DNA of 64,000 nt from Ardenticatenia bacterium (GTDB lineage: Bacteria > Chloroflexota > Anaerolineae > Ardenticatenales > Ardenticatenaceae): assembly GCA_030949995.1 (NCBI GenBank), contig JAUZRY010000009.1, positions 6,195-70,194 on the forward strand. Direction: 5' to 3'. Below, one piece after another: positions 8,543-18,937 of the stretch (position 1 is the stretch's first letter; every line of letters starts with the position of its first letter). The position numbers and the translations under genes are program-made. The notes below the pieces were generated by a model that was not told the origin of the DNA, did no database searches, and worked only from the letters and a program-made list of their open reading frames with translations.

Positions 8543-10918
8543 GTGAAGGGACGAATTCGAGGCCTAATAATAGGAGGGGGCATAGTGTGGGGGATGGGGC
8601 TTCTGCTCCTGGCCTTCATTCGTTCCCCTGCTGCGGCAGGAGCCCAGGAAATACGGCCGGCGGAGTTGGTGTCGTCGCTGTCGGCCAAGGCGCTTCAAAG
8701 AGGGCTGAGCACGCCGGAGCTCATTGAGCAGGCCGTGCTCCGCGGTGAAATCAGCCGTGACACGGCCGATCTTTACCTCGCGTATGCCCTCTTCTCCCCC
8801 GAGATGTTGCCGGCCCGTTTCCGCAGCGACGTGCCCTGGGAAGGCACGCTCCCCCTGTGGCAGCTCCAGCAACGCCTGCGCCGTCGGCCCCTTTCCCCTT
8901 TGGGAGCAACGGTCCAACGCCTTGCCGCCGGCGTGTGTGACACTTCTACAACCTCGTTGCCCTCCTCCATCACGAGTGCCAATTTCTTCATCGAGTACGG
9001 CACCATCAGCGGCGGGCTGACGCTGGCTGATTACATCAATGCTCTGGAAACCTCGAGGACGACGTTGGTGAACACGTTTGGCTGGGCAGCCCCTCCCATC
9101 CTGTCCGGCACGCCGGGCAACAAGTACCACGTGCGCATTGATACCTTGGCTCCCGGCCTCTTGGGGTTTGTCTCCACTTCCGGCACCTATGCCGGTTTTG
9201 TGGGGGACAACCCCAACACATCGTGGAATGAGGGGTCGGCGATGGCCAGCTGCATGGTGCTGAGGAACGACTTCAGCGGCTTTCCATCGGCCGCTATCGA
9301 TATCCTCCGGTCCACGGTCGCCCATGAGTTCCACCACGCCATCCAGTTCGGCTACGGTGTGGCGCCCTCAGTGCGGGATTTGGACGGCGTGTTTATGGAG
9401 GCCAGTGCCACGTGGGTCGAAGATGAGGTCTTCGACAGCGCCAATGACAACTACAGCTACTTGTGGCCTGACTTCCAAGTCTGCATGGGGGAATACTACA
9501 CCAGCACGTCAAATGAGTGGTACCCCTACTGGATCGTGCTCCGCGGTCTCACTGAACCCTTCGGCACAGGGGTGGCCGACGGCGGGGAGCAAATTATCCA
9601 GGATTTCTGGGAGTACCTGAGCAAGAAGCAGGGAGGCATGCTCGCGGCCTTGGATCAGGCCCTCAAGAACCGATCATCGACGCTCTCCCTCGGCCCGGCT
9701 TATCACAATGCCGCTATTGCACTGGCCTTTGTCAAGCCCTGTGGGGGCGGGTACACATCGCCATATTGTTTTGAGGAGGCGAGTGGGTACACAGGGGTGG
9801 CCGGTTTCCCGCCGCCAACGGCCGAGCTCTCCTCCCTGCCAGACACGTACAACGGCTTGATCCAGGACGCCTACGCCCTCAACTGGATTACCTTGCCCGT
9901 GGGCAGCGGGGTTTACACCATCACCCTGCAGAACACCTCGGGCGGTGGCCTGATACGGGCCAGTTTCGTGGGTGACACCGGGAGCAGCCTCGACGTGCGC
10001 TCCCTGGGCGTGGCGGCGGCCGGCCAAGCGATTCAGGAACGCAATGTGGACTTGAGCGTGTACACTGGCGCGGCCGTGGTGATCACCAACGAGGCCCAGC
10101 CGTCCGACAACCCAGCAAGCTGTACGGCCCGTTCCTACACGTTGGCGGTCACCCAGGGGGCGCCCTCATTGCCGTCTCCTTCGTCGCGCTCAGTCTTCTT
10201 GCCCTTAATCACGCGATCAGGGCCGGGCGGTATCTTGGGACGCGTCACCGTGGGCGGCTCGCCGGCTGGCAACGTGCAGCTTGAATTGCGCTTCTACGAT
10301 GGCACCGGGTGGTCCACGCTACAGACCACGAGCACGGCGGCCGATGGCACCTTCGCCTTCACGGGAGTGCCCTCCTTGGGCAGCGGCCAGGAGTATTACG
10401 TGCGTTACGTGAATCCCAGCGCGGGGGACTCCCAAGGCCGGCTCTCCACTTGGTCTTCCCGCTCCATTACTGCCTACACGGCCGGCGAGACGGTGAACTT
10501 GGGCACCTTCGACATCGCCGACATCACACTGGTCTCACCACCCCACGACACGACGGCCACCTTGCCCCAAACGTTCCAGTGGAACCCTCGGCCTGCCACG
10601 ACGAACGACAGCTACGGCATCCTCTTCTTCGACCTGACTACCAACCAGATTCTCGCCTTGGAACCCACCGTGGGCTACCAGAACTCCTACATGCTGAATG
10701 CCCTGCCCGCGGCGCTCTCCTACGGGACAGCCTACGGGTGGACGGTCTACGTCGAGTGGCCGGACGGCAGCGTTGGGGCAGCGTACTGGGCCTATCGTAT
10801 CACCTTCTCATCCGCCACCCCGCGCCAACAGCGGCGCCCGAGCACCACGCCTGGCACAGATCAAGGCGTGCTGCGCCGCGTGCCGGCGGCCGACGTGTGG
10901 CCGGGAAGGGGAAAGTGA
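8543..10918 (+). CDS. Large secreted HExxH zinc metalloprotease with C-terminal carboxypeptidase-regulatory-like beta-sandwich domain
   Basis: AAGGAGG RBS and GTG at 8543. N-terminal anchor IIGGGIVWGMGLLLLAFI. Active-site-like TVAHEFHHAIQFGYG. C-terminal GILGRVTVGGSPAGNVQLELRFYDGTGWSTLQTTSTAADGTFAFTGVP. Confidence 0.7.
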   Translation: MKGRIRGLIIGGGIVWGMGLLLLAFIRSPAAAGAQEIRPAELVSSLSAKALQRGLSTPELIEQAVLRGEISRDTADLYLAYALFSPEMLPARFRSDVPWEGTLPLWQLQQRLRRRPLSPLGATVQRLAAGVCDTSTTSLPSSITSANFFIEYGTISGGLTLADYINALETSRTTLVNTFGWAAPPILSGTPGNKYHVRIDTLAPGLLGFVSTSGTYAGFVGDNPNTSWNEGSAMASCMVLRNDFSGFPSAAIDILRSTVAHEFHHAIQFGYGVAPSVRDLDGVFMEASATWVEDEVFDSANDNYSYLWPDFQVCMGEYYTSTSNEWYPYWIVLRGLTEPFGTGVADGGEQIIQDFWEYLSKKQGGMLAALDQALKNRSSTLSLGPAYHNAAIALAFVKPCGGGYTSPYCFEEASGYTGVAGFPPPTAELSSLPDTYNGLIQDAYALNWITLPVGSGVYTITLQNTSGGGLIRASFVGDTGSSLDVRSLGVAAAGQAIQERNVDLSVYTGAAVVITNEAQPSDNPASCTARSYTLAVTQGAPSLPSPSSRSVFLPLITRSGPGGILGRVTVGGSPAGNVQLELRFYDGTGWSTLQTTSTAADGTFAFTGVPSLGSGQEYYVRYVNPSAGDSQGRLSTWSSRSITAYTAGETVNLGTFDIADITLVSPPHDTTATLPQTFQWNPRPATTNDSYGILFFDLTTNQILALEPTVGYQNSYMLNALPAALSYGTAYGWTVYVEWPDGSVGAAYWAYRITFSSATPRQQRRPSTTPGTDQGVLRRVPAADVWPGRGK

Positions 10919-10949
10919 AAGCCATGGGAGAAATGCACGGAGAACACGG

Positions 10950-10979
10950 CCAAGGGGGCTTCACATGAAGCCCCCTTGG
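10950..10979. terminator. Bidirectional terminator hairpin between convergent genes
   Basis: Perfect 14-bp inverted repeat CCAAGGGGGCTTCA-CA-TGAAGCCCCCTTGG. Confidence 0.6.
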
Positions 10980-11000
10980 CTGTTCGCGGCGTGCACTGCC

Positions 11001-11579
11001 CTACTCGATCACAGCCGTGATGGCCTGGATCGCCTGCTGCACAGGGGCGGGCAGACTTGGGGGCTCGCCCACGATCTCGATCTCCACCGGCTCATCAGGG
11101 CCGTAGAGCAAGATACGCTGTATGGTACAGTCAGGGCACGACCCCTCAGGGGCGAAGCGTCCCTCCAAGCTGCGGAATTCCTGAGTGGTGACCACGTCAA
11201 AAATGGGCTTCACCTCGTCGGGCGAGAGGGTCCGCTCGCTGCCATCTATGGCCACAATGCGGCCGGTCTGATAAATCGTCCACTTGCCGACAACACCCCC
11301 ACCAGTCTGTTGGAGCACGTAGACGACGATGGGATTGGGGTACTTGGCCACGCGGATATCTTCCGCGCCGGGCGGCGCATAGGCCAGCTCATTGGGCGAA
11401 AGGGCCGAGACGGCTGGCGGCTCATAGGCCTGCGGTGGCTGTGGTTGTGGGTAGGCCGCCGTACTGCCCCCATCTCCGCCCGCTTCCGGTGAGGGGGGCG
11501 GCGTAGCCGCGCTGCGGCCACAGGCGGCGGCGAACAACGTGAGCCCGATGACCGTGATCCAGACAATGTCTCTTCTCAT
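11001..11579 (-). CDS. Secreted protein or probable lipoprotein, function unknown
   Basis: MRRDIVWITVIGLTLFAAACGRS (signal peptide followed by Cys), then a Pro-rich linker. No recognisable catalytic motif. Confidence 0.6.
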   Translation of the reverse strand: MRRDIVWITVIGLTLFAAACGRSAATPPPSPEAGGDGGSTAAYPQPQPPQAYEPPAVSALSPNELAYAPPGAEDIRVAKYPNPIVVYVLQQTGGGVVGKWTIYQTGRIVAIDGSERTLSPDEVKPIFDVVTTQEFRSLEGRFAPEGSCPDCTIQRILLYGPDEPVEIEIVGEPPSLPAPVQQAIQAITAVIE

Positions 11580-11606
11580 GGGACTGCCTCCTTTTACTCC
11601 TTGTGT

Positions 11607-12596
11607 TCACGGGAGGTAGATAGTGTTGTGCCCTTGCTCCACTGCGCCGAGCCGGTCAGAGAGATCACGGCCGTGGAGGGCAAACCACTCCTGGGCCGCG
11701 GCAATGTCACGCTTAATGTGTTGAGCGAGGTCGGCGACCGACGGGAACTTGCGCTCGCCCCGCAACCTGTGAAGAAAGTGGACGGTGAGCAGGACACCGT
11801 ACAGGTTGCCTTCCCATCCCAACACGTGGGACTCGACCTGAAGGCAGGAGCCGTCCACCGTTGGCCGCACGCCCACGTTGGTGACGCCCGGCCGGCAGGC
11901 CCCGTCCCACTCCACTAGTGTCACGTAAACGCCGTTGGCGGGCACCACTTGTGCTTGTGAGGGCACAATGTTGGCCGTGGGCACGCCCAGTTGTCGGCCC
12001 CGCTGGTCTCCTTCAACGACAGGGCCGGTGACGCTGAGGGGACGACCCAAGAGAGGGACTGCCTCCTCAACACGCCCCTCAGCGATGAGTGCCCGAATGC
12101 GGGAACCGCTCACGCGCTCGCCGTTCACCAGCACGGGGGCGAGCACGTGGACGGCAACGCCGCGGTCCGCGGCCCAGGCCCGTAGGAGTTGCACGTCGCC
12201 CTCGCGTCGGTGGCCGAACCGGAAGTCGTGGCCCACGATGAGCTCCTGTGGCCGCAGGCCACGCCACAAGAGCTCGAGGAATTCCGCTGCTTTCATCTCA
12301 GCCACGTGGCGGCTGAACGTCACAACGGCCACCACGTCCATTCCCCACGTCTCGAGGAGACGGAGCTTGTCCGGCAGGGGCGTGATGAGGGGAGGAGCGT
12401 GCTCGGGGCGCAGGACGGCGGCCGGGTGAGGGTCAAAGGTGACCAAGCCGGCTTGTATCCCCAGTGCCTTGGCGCGCTCTTTGACCAATCGGATTAAGGC
12501 CTGGTGGCCCACGTGGAGCCCGTCAAATTTCCCCACGGTGAGTACGGTGGAGCCCTCAACGGCAGAGAAGTCGTCTCGGACTACGAGCATAATCAC
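11607..12596 (-). CDS. ribF: Bifunctional riboflavin kinase / FMN adenylyltransferase
   Basis: VLTVGKFDGLHVGHQALI, FDPHP and GRQLGVPTANI...VEWDGACRPGVTNVGVRPT...ESHVLG. Confidence 0.9.
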   Translation of the reverse strand: MIMLVVRDDFSAVEGSTVLTVGKFDGLHVGHQALIRLVKERAKALGIQAGLVTFDPHPAAVLRPEHAPPLITPLPDKLRLLETWGMDVVAVVTFSRHVAEMKAAEFLELLWRGLRPQELIVGHDFRFGHRREGDVQLLRAWAADRGVAVHVLAPVLVNGERVSGSRIRALIAEGRVEEAVPLLGRPLSVTGPVVEGDQRGRQLGVPTANIVPSQAQVVPANGVYVTLVEWDGACRPGVTNVGVRPTVDGSCLQVESHVLGWEGNLYGVLLTVHFLHRLRGERKFPSVADLAQHIKRDIAAAQEWFALHGRDLSDRLGAVEQGHNTIYLP

Positions 12597-12600
12597 CTCG

Positions 12601-13566
12601 TCACGTTGGCGTGTGGCCCCGTTTTGGGGCGGGGTTCACCTCGTGCACGGAGACAAACACCTTGCGCGGTTGCCACGCGCCGCGTCTCTCGTCGTATTCG
12701 GCCACGGCAAGAAGCCGGCCGTTGAGCCGAATGCGCGCCATTTGGCCCGGAGTGGTGGGGGGCGGGCCCGACACTGGTTGGCCGTGGGCCACGCGTCGGG
12801 CCTGTTCGGGCGAGATGTCGATGGCCAGCAGGTTCACCAGTCCGGCGTCGGGTGGCCGCAGGAGTTCGTGGAGGCGGCGAGCACGGGCAGCCGTGTCCAG
12901 CTCCTCGAGCGTGTGGGCGTCATCCAGCGTGAACGGCCCGCTGGCCATCCGGCGCAGCGCGGCCAAGTGGGCTCCTGTGCCCAACACTTGGCCAAGATCG
13001 TGGGCCAGCGAGCGAATGTACGTCCCTTTGGAGCAGGTGATCTCCAGGTGGAGCGTTGGGGGAACGTAGCTCATCAGGCGAAGTGTGTGCACGATCACGC
13101 GCCGGGGAGCTATATCGACCTGTTCACCCCGTCGGGCCTTCTTGTACAGGCGCTCGCCCCCCCGTTTGATGGCGGAGAAGGCAGGGGGCCTCTGCTCGAT
13201 TTCACCCACGAACTCCTCCAGCGCGGCTTCTACGGCGTCCAGAGAAGGCCACGGCCCTTCATAGTGAGCTGTGATCTCCCCCTCAGCGTCGTAGGTGGTG
13301 GTGGAGACGCCCAAGCGCACGGTGGCCCAGTAGCGTTTGTCGTGGCTGGCCATGTACTCCAAGAGCCGGGTAGTGCGCCCCAATCCCAACACCAGTACAC
13401 CGGTGGCCAAGGGGTCGAGGGTGCCGGCGTGCCCCACACGCCGCTGGCGGCTCAAGCGCCGCACGCGTTCCACCACGTCGTGGGAAGTAATGCCGGCCGG
13501 CTTATCCACGATGAGCAACCCATCAAGTTGGACTCGTCTCTGCTGGGGCGACATGGTTCGGTTCAC
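12601..13566 (-). CDS. truB: tRNA pseudouridine(55) synthase
   Basis: GLLIVDKPAGITSHDVV...VGHAGTLDPLATGVLVLGLG...PPAFSAIK...CSKGTYIRSLAHDLG. Confidence 0.9.
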   Translation of the reverse strand: MNRTMSPQQRRVQLDGLLIVDKPAGITSHDVVERVRRLSRQRRVGHAGTLDPLATGVLVLGLGRTTRLLEYMASHDKRYWATVRLGVSTTTYDAEGEITAHYEGPWPSLDAVEAALEEFVGEIEQRPPAFSAIKRGGERLYKKARRGEQVDIAPRRVIVHTLRLMSYVPPTLHLEITCSKGTYIRSLAHDLGQVLGTGAHLAALRRMASGPFTLDDAHTLEELDTAARARRLHELLRPPDAGLVNLLAIDISPEQARRVAHGQPVSGPPPTTPGQMARIRLNGRLLAVAEYDERRGAWQPRKVFVSVHEVNPAPKRGHTPT

Positions 13567-14546
13567 GGTTGTTCCACTGTGGCGCTGTAATCGGCCACTT
13601 GGGCTTTCATGGCGGAGATGACCAGCGTCACGGCCTCGTCGAGAGGACCATCGAGCGTGGCCCCGGCGGCTGGCGGATGGCCTCCCCCCCCGAAGCGGGC
13701 GGCTACCGCGGCCACGTCGTAGCCCGGCCGGGCACGCAGGCTCACTCGAATACGCCCGTCGTCCAGCACGGTGAAGCTAGCCGCCATGTGGGCCTCCCGG
13801 ATGGTGAGCAGAAATGTGCTCAAGCCGCTGCTGTCCCGCTCCGTGGCCCCAGCGGCCCGGCGCATGGCCGGCGTGTTCACCGTCCACACGATACCGTCCT
13901 CGAAGCACAGGGATTGCAGCGCTTGGGCCCACAGGCGCACTTGGGCGAGTGAACGGTTCAGGTGGGCTTCCCGGATGATGTCGGCCAGTGGAGCCCCGGC
14001 AGTTACCAGCTCAGCGGCATCGTGAAGCAGGCGTGGGGTCGTGTTGGGCGTGCTGAAGCCGTTCGTGTCGGTCACAAAGCCGGTGAGCAGACAGGTGGCA
14101 ATCTTGGGGTCCGGGGAGACGCCCAACAGGGGAAGAAGCCAGTAGATCATCTGGGCCACAGCCGGACACGCGGGATTGATCCAATTGACGTGCCCGAAGC
14201 GCACGTTGGTGACATGGTGGTCGACGTTGATCACACGGCATTCGCGGGCAGTAGCGTATTCGAAGAGATCACCCACGTGTTGGGGGGAGCTGCTGTCGAG
14301 CACCACACACACGTCCTGGTCATCCACCAGCTCCTGGCCGCCCACGCTGTTGGCGCCGGGCAGAAAGGTGAGATTGGCGGGCACAGGGTCGGGCAGGGCC
14401 ACGTGAGCCCGAAGGCGAAGGCTGCGCAGGGCCCACATCAACCCCAAGGCTGAGCCTACGGCGTCCCCATCCGGGTTGGTGTGGCTGAGAATGAGGACAG
14501 AGCGGGCTTGGTGCAGCGCCTCAGCAACAGCCTGCTGGCTACTCAT
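13563..14546 (-). CDS. nrnA: DHH/DHHA1 phosphoesterase (NrnA-like oligoribonuclease/pAp phosphatase)
   Basis: ILSHTNPDGDAVGSALG, VINVDHHVTN and a C-terminal FGGGGHPPAAGA. Start chosen at MSSQQAV; the ORF extends to 14603. Confidence 0.8.
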   Translation of the reverse strand: MSSQQAVAEALHQARSVLILSHTNPDGDAVGSALGLMWALRSLRLRAHVALPDPVPANLTFLPGANSVGGQELVDDQDVCVVLDSSSPQHVGDLFEYATARECRVINVDHHVTNVRFGHVNWINPACPAVAQMIYWLLPLLGVSPDPKIATCLLTGFVTDTNGFSTPNTTPRLLHDAAELVTAGAPLADIIREAHLNRSLAQVRLWAQALQSLCFEDGIVWTVNTPAMRRAAGATERDSSGLSTFLLTIREAHMAASFTVLDDGRIRVSLRARPGYDVAAVAARFGGGGHPPAAGATLDGPLDEAVTLVISAMKAQVADYSATVEQP

Positions 14547-14931
14547 CGTCGGCAGATTCCACCTCCTCATCGGCGTCAACTCGGGAGGCTTGCACCTCCT
14601 CAAGAAGTTGCCACACGCGCAGCGCGTGGTCCAAGGAGCGGTCGGTCACGAAGGTCAGCTCGGGCACCCGTCGCAGGCGAAGGCGATGGGCCAACTGGGT
14701 GCGCAGGAACCCTCGGGCCCGCTTCAGGGCCTCGAAAGTCTCGTCTTGTTCGTGTGAGGAGCCGAGCACGCTCACGTGGACCATGGCACGGCGCAAGTCG
14801 TGACTCACCTCCACATGGGTGATGGTGAGAAAATGGAGGCGAGGGTCGCGTGCCTCTCGGTGTAAAATGTCGGCCAATTCGGCCTGGATGGTGTCGGCAA
14901 GTCGCAGGGGCCTGATTCCGCTCATCTCCAT
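14539..14931 (-). CDS. rbfA: Ribosome-binding factor A
   Basis: RLADTIQAELADILHREARDPRL...ITHVEVSHDLRRAMVHVSV...LRRVPELTFVTD. Confidence 0.9.
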   Translation of the reverse strand: MEMSGIRPLRLADTIQAELADILHREARDPRLHFLTITHVEVSHDLRRAMVHVSVLGSSHEQDETFEALKRARGFLRTQLAHRLRLRRVPELTFVTDRSLDHALRVWQLLEEVQASRVDADEEVESADDE

Positions 14932-16766
14932 TTACACCTGTCGTTCCTCGTACACCTCGATCACGTCGCCTTCTTGAAGGTCGTGAACCCCCTCAAGGCC
15001 CACACCACACTCGAAGCCTTGGCGCACCTCGGTCACGTCCTCCTTAAAGCGCTTCAAGCTGGCGATCTTGGTTTCAGCCACCACGTTACCGTTGCGGATA
15101 AGGCGGGCCTTGGCGTTGCGCACGATGCGGCCTTCGAGCACGTAACAGCCGGCTACGGGCTGGCCGCGCACGCGGAAGATAGCCCGCACTTCGGCGCGCC
15201 CGATGGTGATTTCCTCGAAGGTGGGTTGTAGCTTGCCCTTGAGGGCCTGTTCGACGTCTTCGAGGAGATGGTAGATCACCGTGTACGTGCGCACCTGTAC
15301 CCCTTCGTGTTCGGCCTGTTCGCGGGCCACCCGGTCGGACTTGACGCCGAAGCCAATGACAATAGCCTCACTGGCGGCCGCTAACATGATGTCGTTCTCC
15401 GTGATGCGCCCCACGCCCCGGTGGATGATGCGGATGGTGACTTCGTCGGTGCTGAGGCGGTTGATGGCATCCACCACGGCATCGAGGTGCCCTGGGTGTC
15501 GGCCTTGATGATGAGGTTGAGCTCTTCCCGTTCCCCGCTGCGGAGCTGGCGGAAGACATCTTCGAGCGTGATGCGGCTGGTTGTCCGGCGGGATTCCAGT
15601 TCCTGTTTTCGCCTCTTGGCCTCTTCGCGGGCGGTCCGTTCGCTCTCCGCGACCTCGAAGAACTGGCCGGCCGGCGGCACTTCGTTGAGCCCTAAGACGC
15701 GCACGGGCTTGCTGGGGGGAGCGCCTTTGACCTGTTGGCCGTACTCGTCGAACATGGCCCTCATGCGGCCGTAGGCTGTGCCGGCCAGCACAGGATCGCC
15801 GCGGCGCAGGGTGCCGTTGAGCACCAACAGCGTGGCCACGGGCCCCCGGCGGGGGTCCAGCTCGGCCTCCAGCACCACGCCTTGGGCCTTTCGGTCCGGG
15901 TTGGCCACAATTTCCTCCTGGTGGAGGTCAGCCACAATGAGGATGTAATCCAGCAATGCGTCAAGGCCCTTGCCCTGGGGAGCGACAACTTCCACGAAGG
16001 GGGTTTCACCGCCCCACTCTTCGGGGATCAGGCCCAGTTGGTCGGCAACCTGTTGCTTGACGCGATCGGGCGAGGCATCGGGTTTGTCCACTTTGGTGAT
16101 GGCTACGATGATGGGCACGCCGGCGGCACGGGCGTGGTTGAAGGCCTCGACGGTCTGGGGCATCACGCCGTCATCGGCTGCGATGACGAGGATGACGATG
16201 TCGGCGCCTTGGGCGCCGCGGGCGCGCATGGCCGTGAAGGCCTCGTGGCCCGGCGTGTCAATGAAGGTGATCAGGCGCCCATGTTGCTCCACCTGGTAGG
16301 CACCGATGTGTTGGGTGATGCCGCCGGCTTCCTGGGCGGCCACATTCGTCTTGCGGATGGCGTCCAACAGCGTGGTCTTGCCGTGATCCACGTGGCCGAG
16401 CACGGCCACAATGGGCGGACGGGGCCGCAGGTTTTCGGCCGGCTCGTGTTCGTAGAGCCGTTTCTTGCGCGAGGGAGGAGATGGGAGCTCCTCCTCCGGA
16501 GTCGCTTGGGCGGGTGGTTCCTCAACCTGGGGCTCAGCCTCGGCGTCCGGCGGGGCCTCGCCTGGCAGGAGCACACGGTGTCCCATTTCCTCGGCCGCGA
16601 GAGCGGCTGTGTCGATGTCCAGTGTCTGGTTAATGTTGGCCATGACCCCCATGGCCATCAGCGTCTTGATGACCGCGATGGGGCTTTCGCCCAGCAACTC
16701 GGCCAATTCTCGGACGGTGATCGGGCCTGGTATTTGGACGGCTGTGGGTTCCTGTGTGTGGCTCAT
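14932..16766 (-). CDS. infB: Translation initiation factor IF-2; apparent frameshift near 15486-15492
   Basis: GTPase motifs [19 protein letters not shown] and TKVDK. The C-terminal part [32 protein letters not shown] is in ORF 14932..15477, and the N-terminal part is in ORF 15381..16886. GGAGGAG RBS before the ATG (complement of 16764-16766). Confidence 0.9.
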
Positions 16767-16895
16767 GGCTCCTCCTCTCGCGCTTGGTTGAGAGCGGTTG
16801 GCTTTTCTGCACGGGGCCGGAATCAAAGCGCGGGGCACACCGGCCCCGCGCTGTTGGTCAGACGTTTGGGTGGGCCGAGGGCCCACAGGTGTGCC

Positions 16896-17171
16896 TTACC
16901 GGGAAAGCTGAGTGACCATGAATTTCCGAAGTTCCTCTAGGGCTTCAGCCGGCACCGGACCTTTCAGCGCGTGGGCCAGGATGGTATGTCGTTGTAAAAC
17001 GCGCTCCCAACACGGAACCTGCGGGCAGAGATAGGCCCCGCGCCCTTTGGCCTTGCCGGTGGGGTCCACCTGGACTTGGCCTTCTGGCGTGCGTACAACG
17101 CGAATGAGCTCGCGTTTGGGCCGTCGGGTGCGGCAGGCTACACAGGTGCGGATGGGAATGTGTTTGCCCAT
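16896..17171 (-). CDS. ylxR: YlxR/DUF448 family RNA-binding protein
   Basis: IRTCVACRTRRPKRELIRVV...GRGAYLC, in the conserved position between nusA and infB. Confidence 0.85.
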   Translation of the reverse strand: MGKHIPIRTCVACRTRRPKRELIRVVRTPEGQVQVDPTGKAKGRGAYLCPQVPCWERVLQRHTILAHALKGPVPAEALEELRKFMVTQLSR

Positions 17172-17209
17172 CGGGCTCCTGCTCCGCGCAATTCGGCGTC
17201 TGGGTCCCG

Positions 17210-18852
17210 CTAGCGGCGGGATTTCTTCTTGCGTTTTTTGCTACGCGCCTTGCGACGGGCGCGGATCTCGTCTTCCAAGTCCACTTGTTCGCCCCGTTCG
17301 TTCAGGGTGTAGACAAGGTCAATCAGGCTGGGTTTTTCGGAGTCCTTGCGGGCAGGCGTGAGCTCTTCGTCCTCCTCGTCTTCGTCTTCGGCCCCTTCCT
17401 CCTCCAAGCCGGCCTCGGGTTCTGGGGCGGTCTCCTCAACAGTCGCCGGAGGAGCTGTATCCGCCGTTTGGGGCTCGGTGGCCGGTGGTTGTGTGCTCTC
17501 CTCTGTGGCAGGTGTTTCTGGTGTCGTCGGTTCTGCCTCAATGGCCCCGGAGTGCGCAGGTGGCTCTGGAGGTGGTTCGGGCTGCGCATCTGCGGGCTGC
17601 CCTTGGGCCGCGGATTCGGTGACGGTAGCGATCTCGAGTTCCTGCTCCTCGATTTCCTCCTGGGCGGCGGCTGCTTGTTCGGCCTGTTCGGCTTCGGCGA
17701 GGAGGGCTCGGGCCTCGGCGAGCTTGCGCTCGTACTCACGCCGGCGGGCTTCTTCTTTGGCCTTGCGGCGTGCCTCGCGTTCGGTCAACCGCAACACTTC
17801 CTCGGCGGCCTCGCTGGCGCTCTTGATGTCGATGCGCCAGCCGGTGAGTTTGGCAGCCAGGCGGGCATTCTGGCCTTCCTTGCCAATGGCGAGGGAGAGC
17901 TGTTTGTCCGGCACAATGACGATGGCGGTCTTGCCCTCGGGATGATCTGGTTCCAGGAAGACCTTGAGCACCTTGGCCGGGCTCAGGGCGTTAGCCACGA
18001 ACTGGGCCTCGTCGGGGCTCCACTGGACCACGTCGATTTTTTCGCCCGAAAGTTCGTTGACGATGTTCTGGATGCGAATCCCCTTCATGCCCACGCAGGC
18101 ACCCACGGGGTCCACGCCCGGGTGCGTGGACCAGACGGCCACTTTGGAGCGGGCGCCTGGCTCACGGGCGATGGCGCGGATCTCCACGGTGCCGTTGGCA
18201 ATTTCGGGCACTTCCAACTCCAGGAGGCGGCGGAGCATCTCGCGTCGCGTCCGGCTGACGTAGATATTAGGCCCACGGGGAGTGCGCACCACATTGTAGA
18301 CATACACCCGCAGCCGCTGGCCAATGCGGTAGCGCTCAGTGGGAATCTGGTCTTGGCGGGAAAGGATGGCTTCAGCGCGCCCGAGGCTCAGCCGTACCAT
18401 GCCCGTGTGGGGATCAATGCTCTGGACTGATCCCATAATGATCTCTCCCTCGCGGTTCACGAAATCCGTGTAGACGCGGTCGCGCTCGGCCTCACGGATC
18501 TTTTGGAAGATGACCTGTTTGGCCGTTTGAGCCGCAATGCGCCCGAAGTCCTGCGGTGTGATCTCCACTCGCACTACATCGCCCAACTCGGCGTTCGGGT
18601 CGATGTGGCGTGCGTCCTCGAGGGAGATTTCCGTGCGCTCGTCCAAGACCTCGTCGACCACCTCCTTTTCGACGAAGACGCGGGCCTGCCCGTGGTTGGG
18701 TCCAAACTCACCGTGGCGTTGTGGATGGCGCCGTAGTCCCGCTTGTACGCGGTCAGCAGGGCCGTTTCGATGGCCTGAATCACGATTTCCTTGGGAAGAT
18801 CGCGCTCGTGGCACAGGGCGTTGAGCGCCATCATGAATTCGCTGGTGCGCAT
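17210..18852 (-). CDS. nusA: Transcription termination/antitermination factor NusA with a long low-complexity C-terminal extension; apparent frameshift near 18686-18691
   Basis: N-terminus [41 protein letters not shown] (ORF 18574..18852). It then continues as [14 protein letters not shown]..., an S1 domain [12 protein letters not shown], and KH domains [18 protein letters not shown] and [23 protein letters not shown] (ORF 17210..18814). Confidence 0.9.
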
Positions 18853-18910
18853 GGCCTGTTATTCTCCTCCACGCCGTTCTAGGACCTGGTCGGCAACGCT
18901 ATACTAAGCA

Positions 18911-18937
18911 AGAAAAGTGGGGAGACCCCACTTCTCG
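18911..18937 (-). promoter_or_regulatory. Terminator-like hairpin in the nusA 5' leader (possible attenuator)
   Basis: The minus strand reads AGAAGTGGGG-TCT-CCCCACTTTTCTTGCTT. The stem is about 8 bp with a U-rich 3' side, about 60 nt upstream of the nusA ATG. Confidence 0.4.

Noticed and set aside
15735-18430. Plus-strand ORFs 15735..16940 and 17285..18430 opposite infB and nusA
   Set aside because: They are shadow ORFs antisense to essential, motif-rich genes.
15480-18700. Programmed ribosomal frameshifting or recoding as the explanation for the broken infB and nusA frames (and the other breaks)
   Set aside because: No slippery heptamer or stimulatory structure is evident at the junctions. 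Many breaks coincide with homopolymer runs, and their number and distribution over unrelated genes fit sequencing or assembly indels better.
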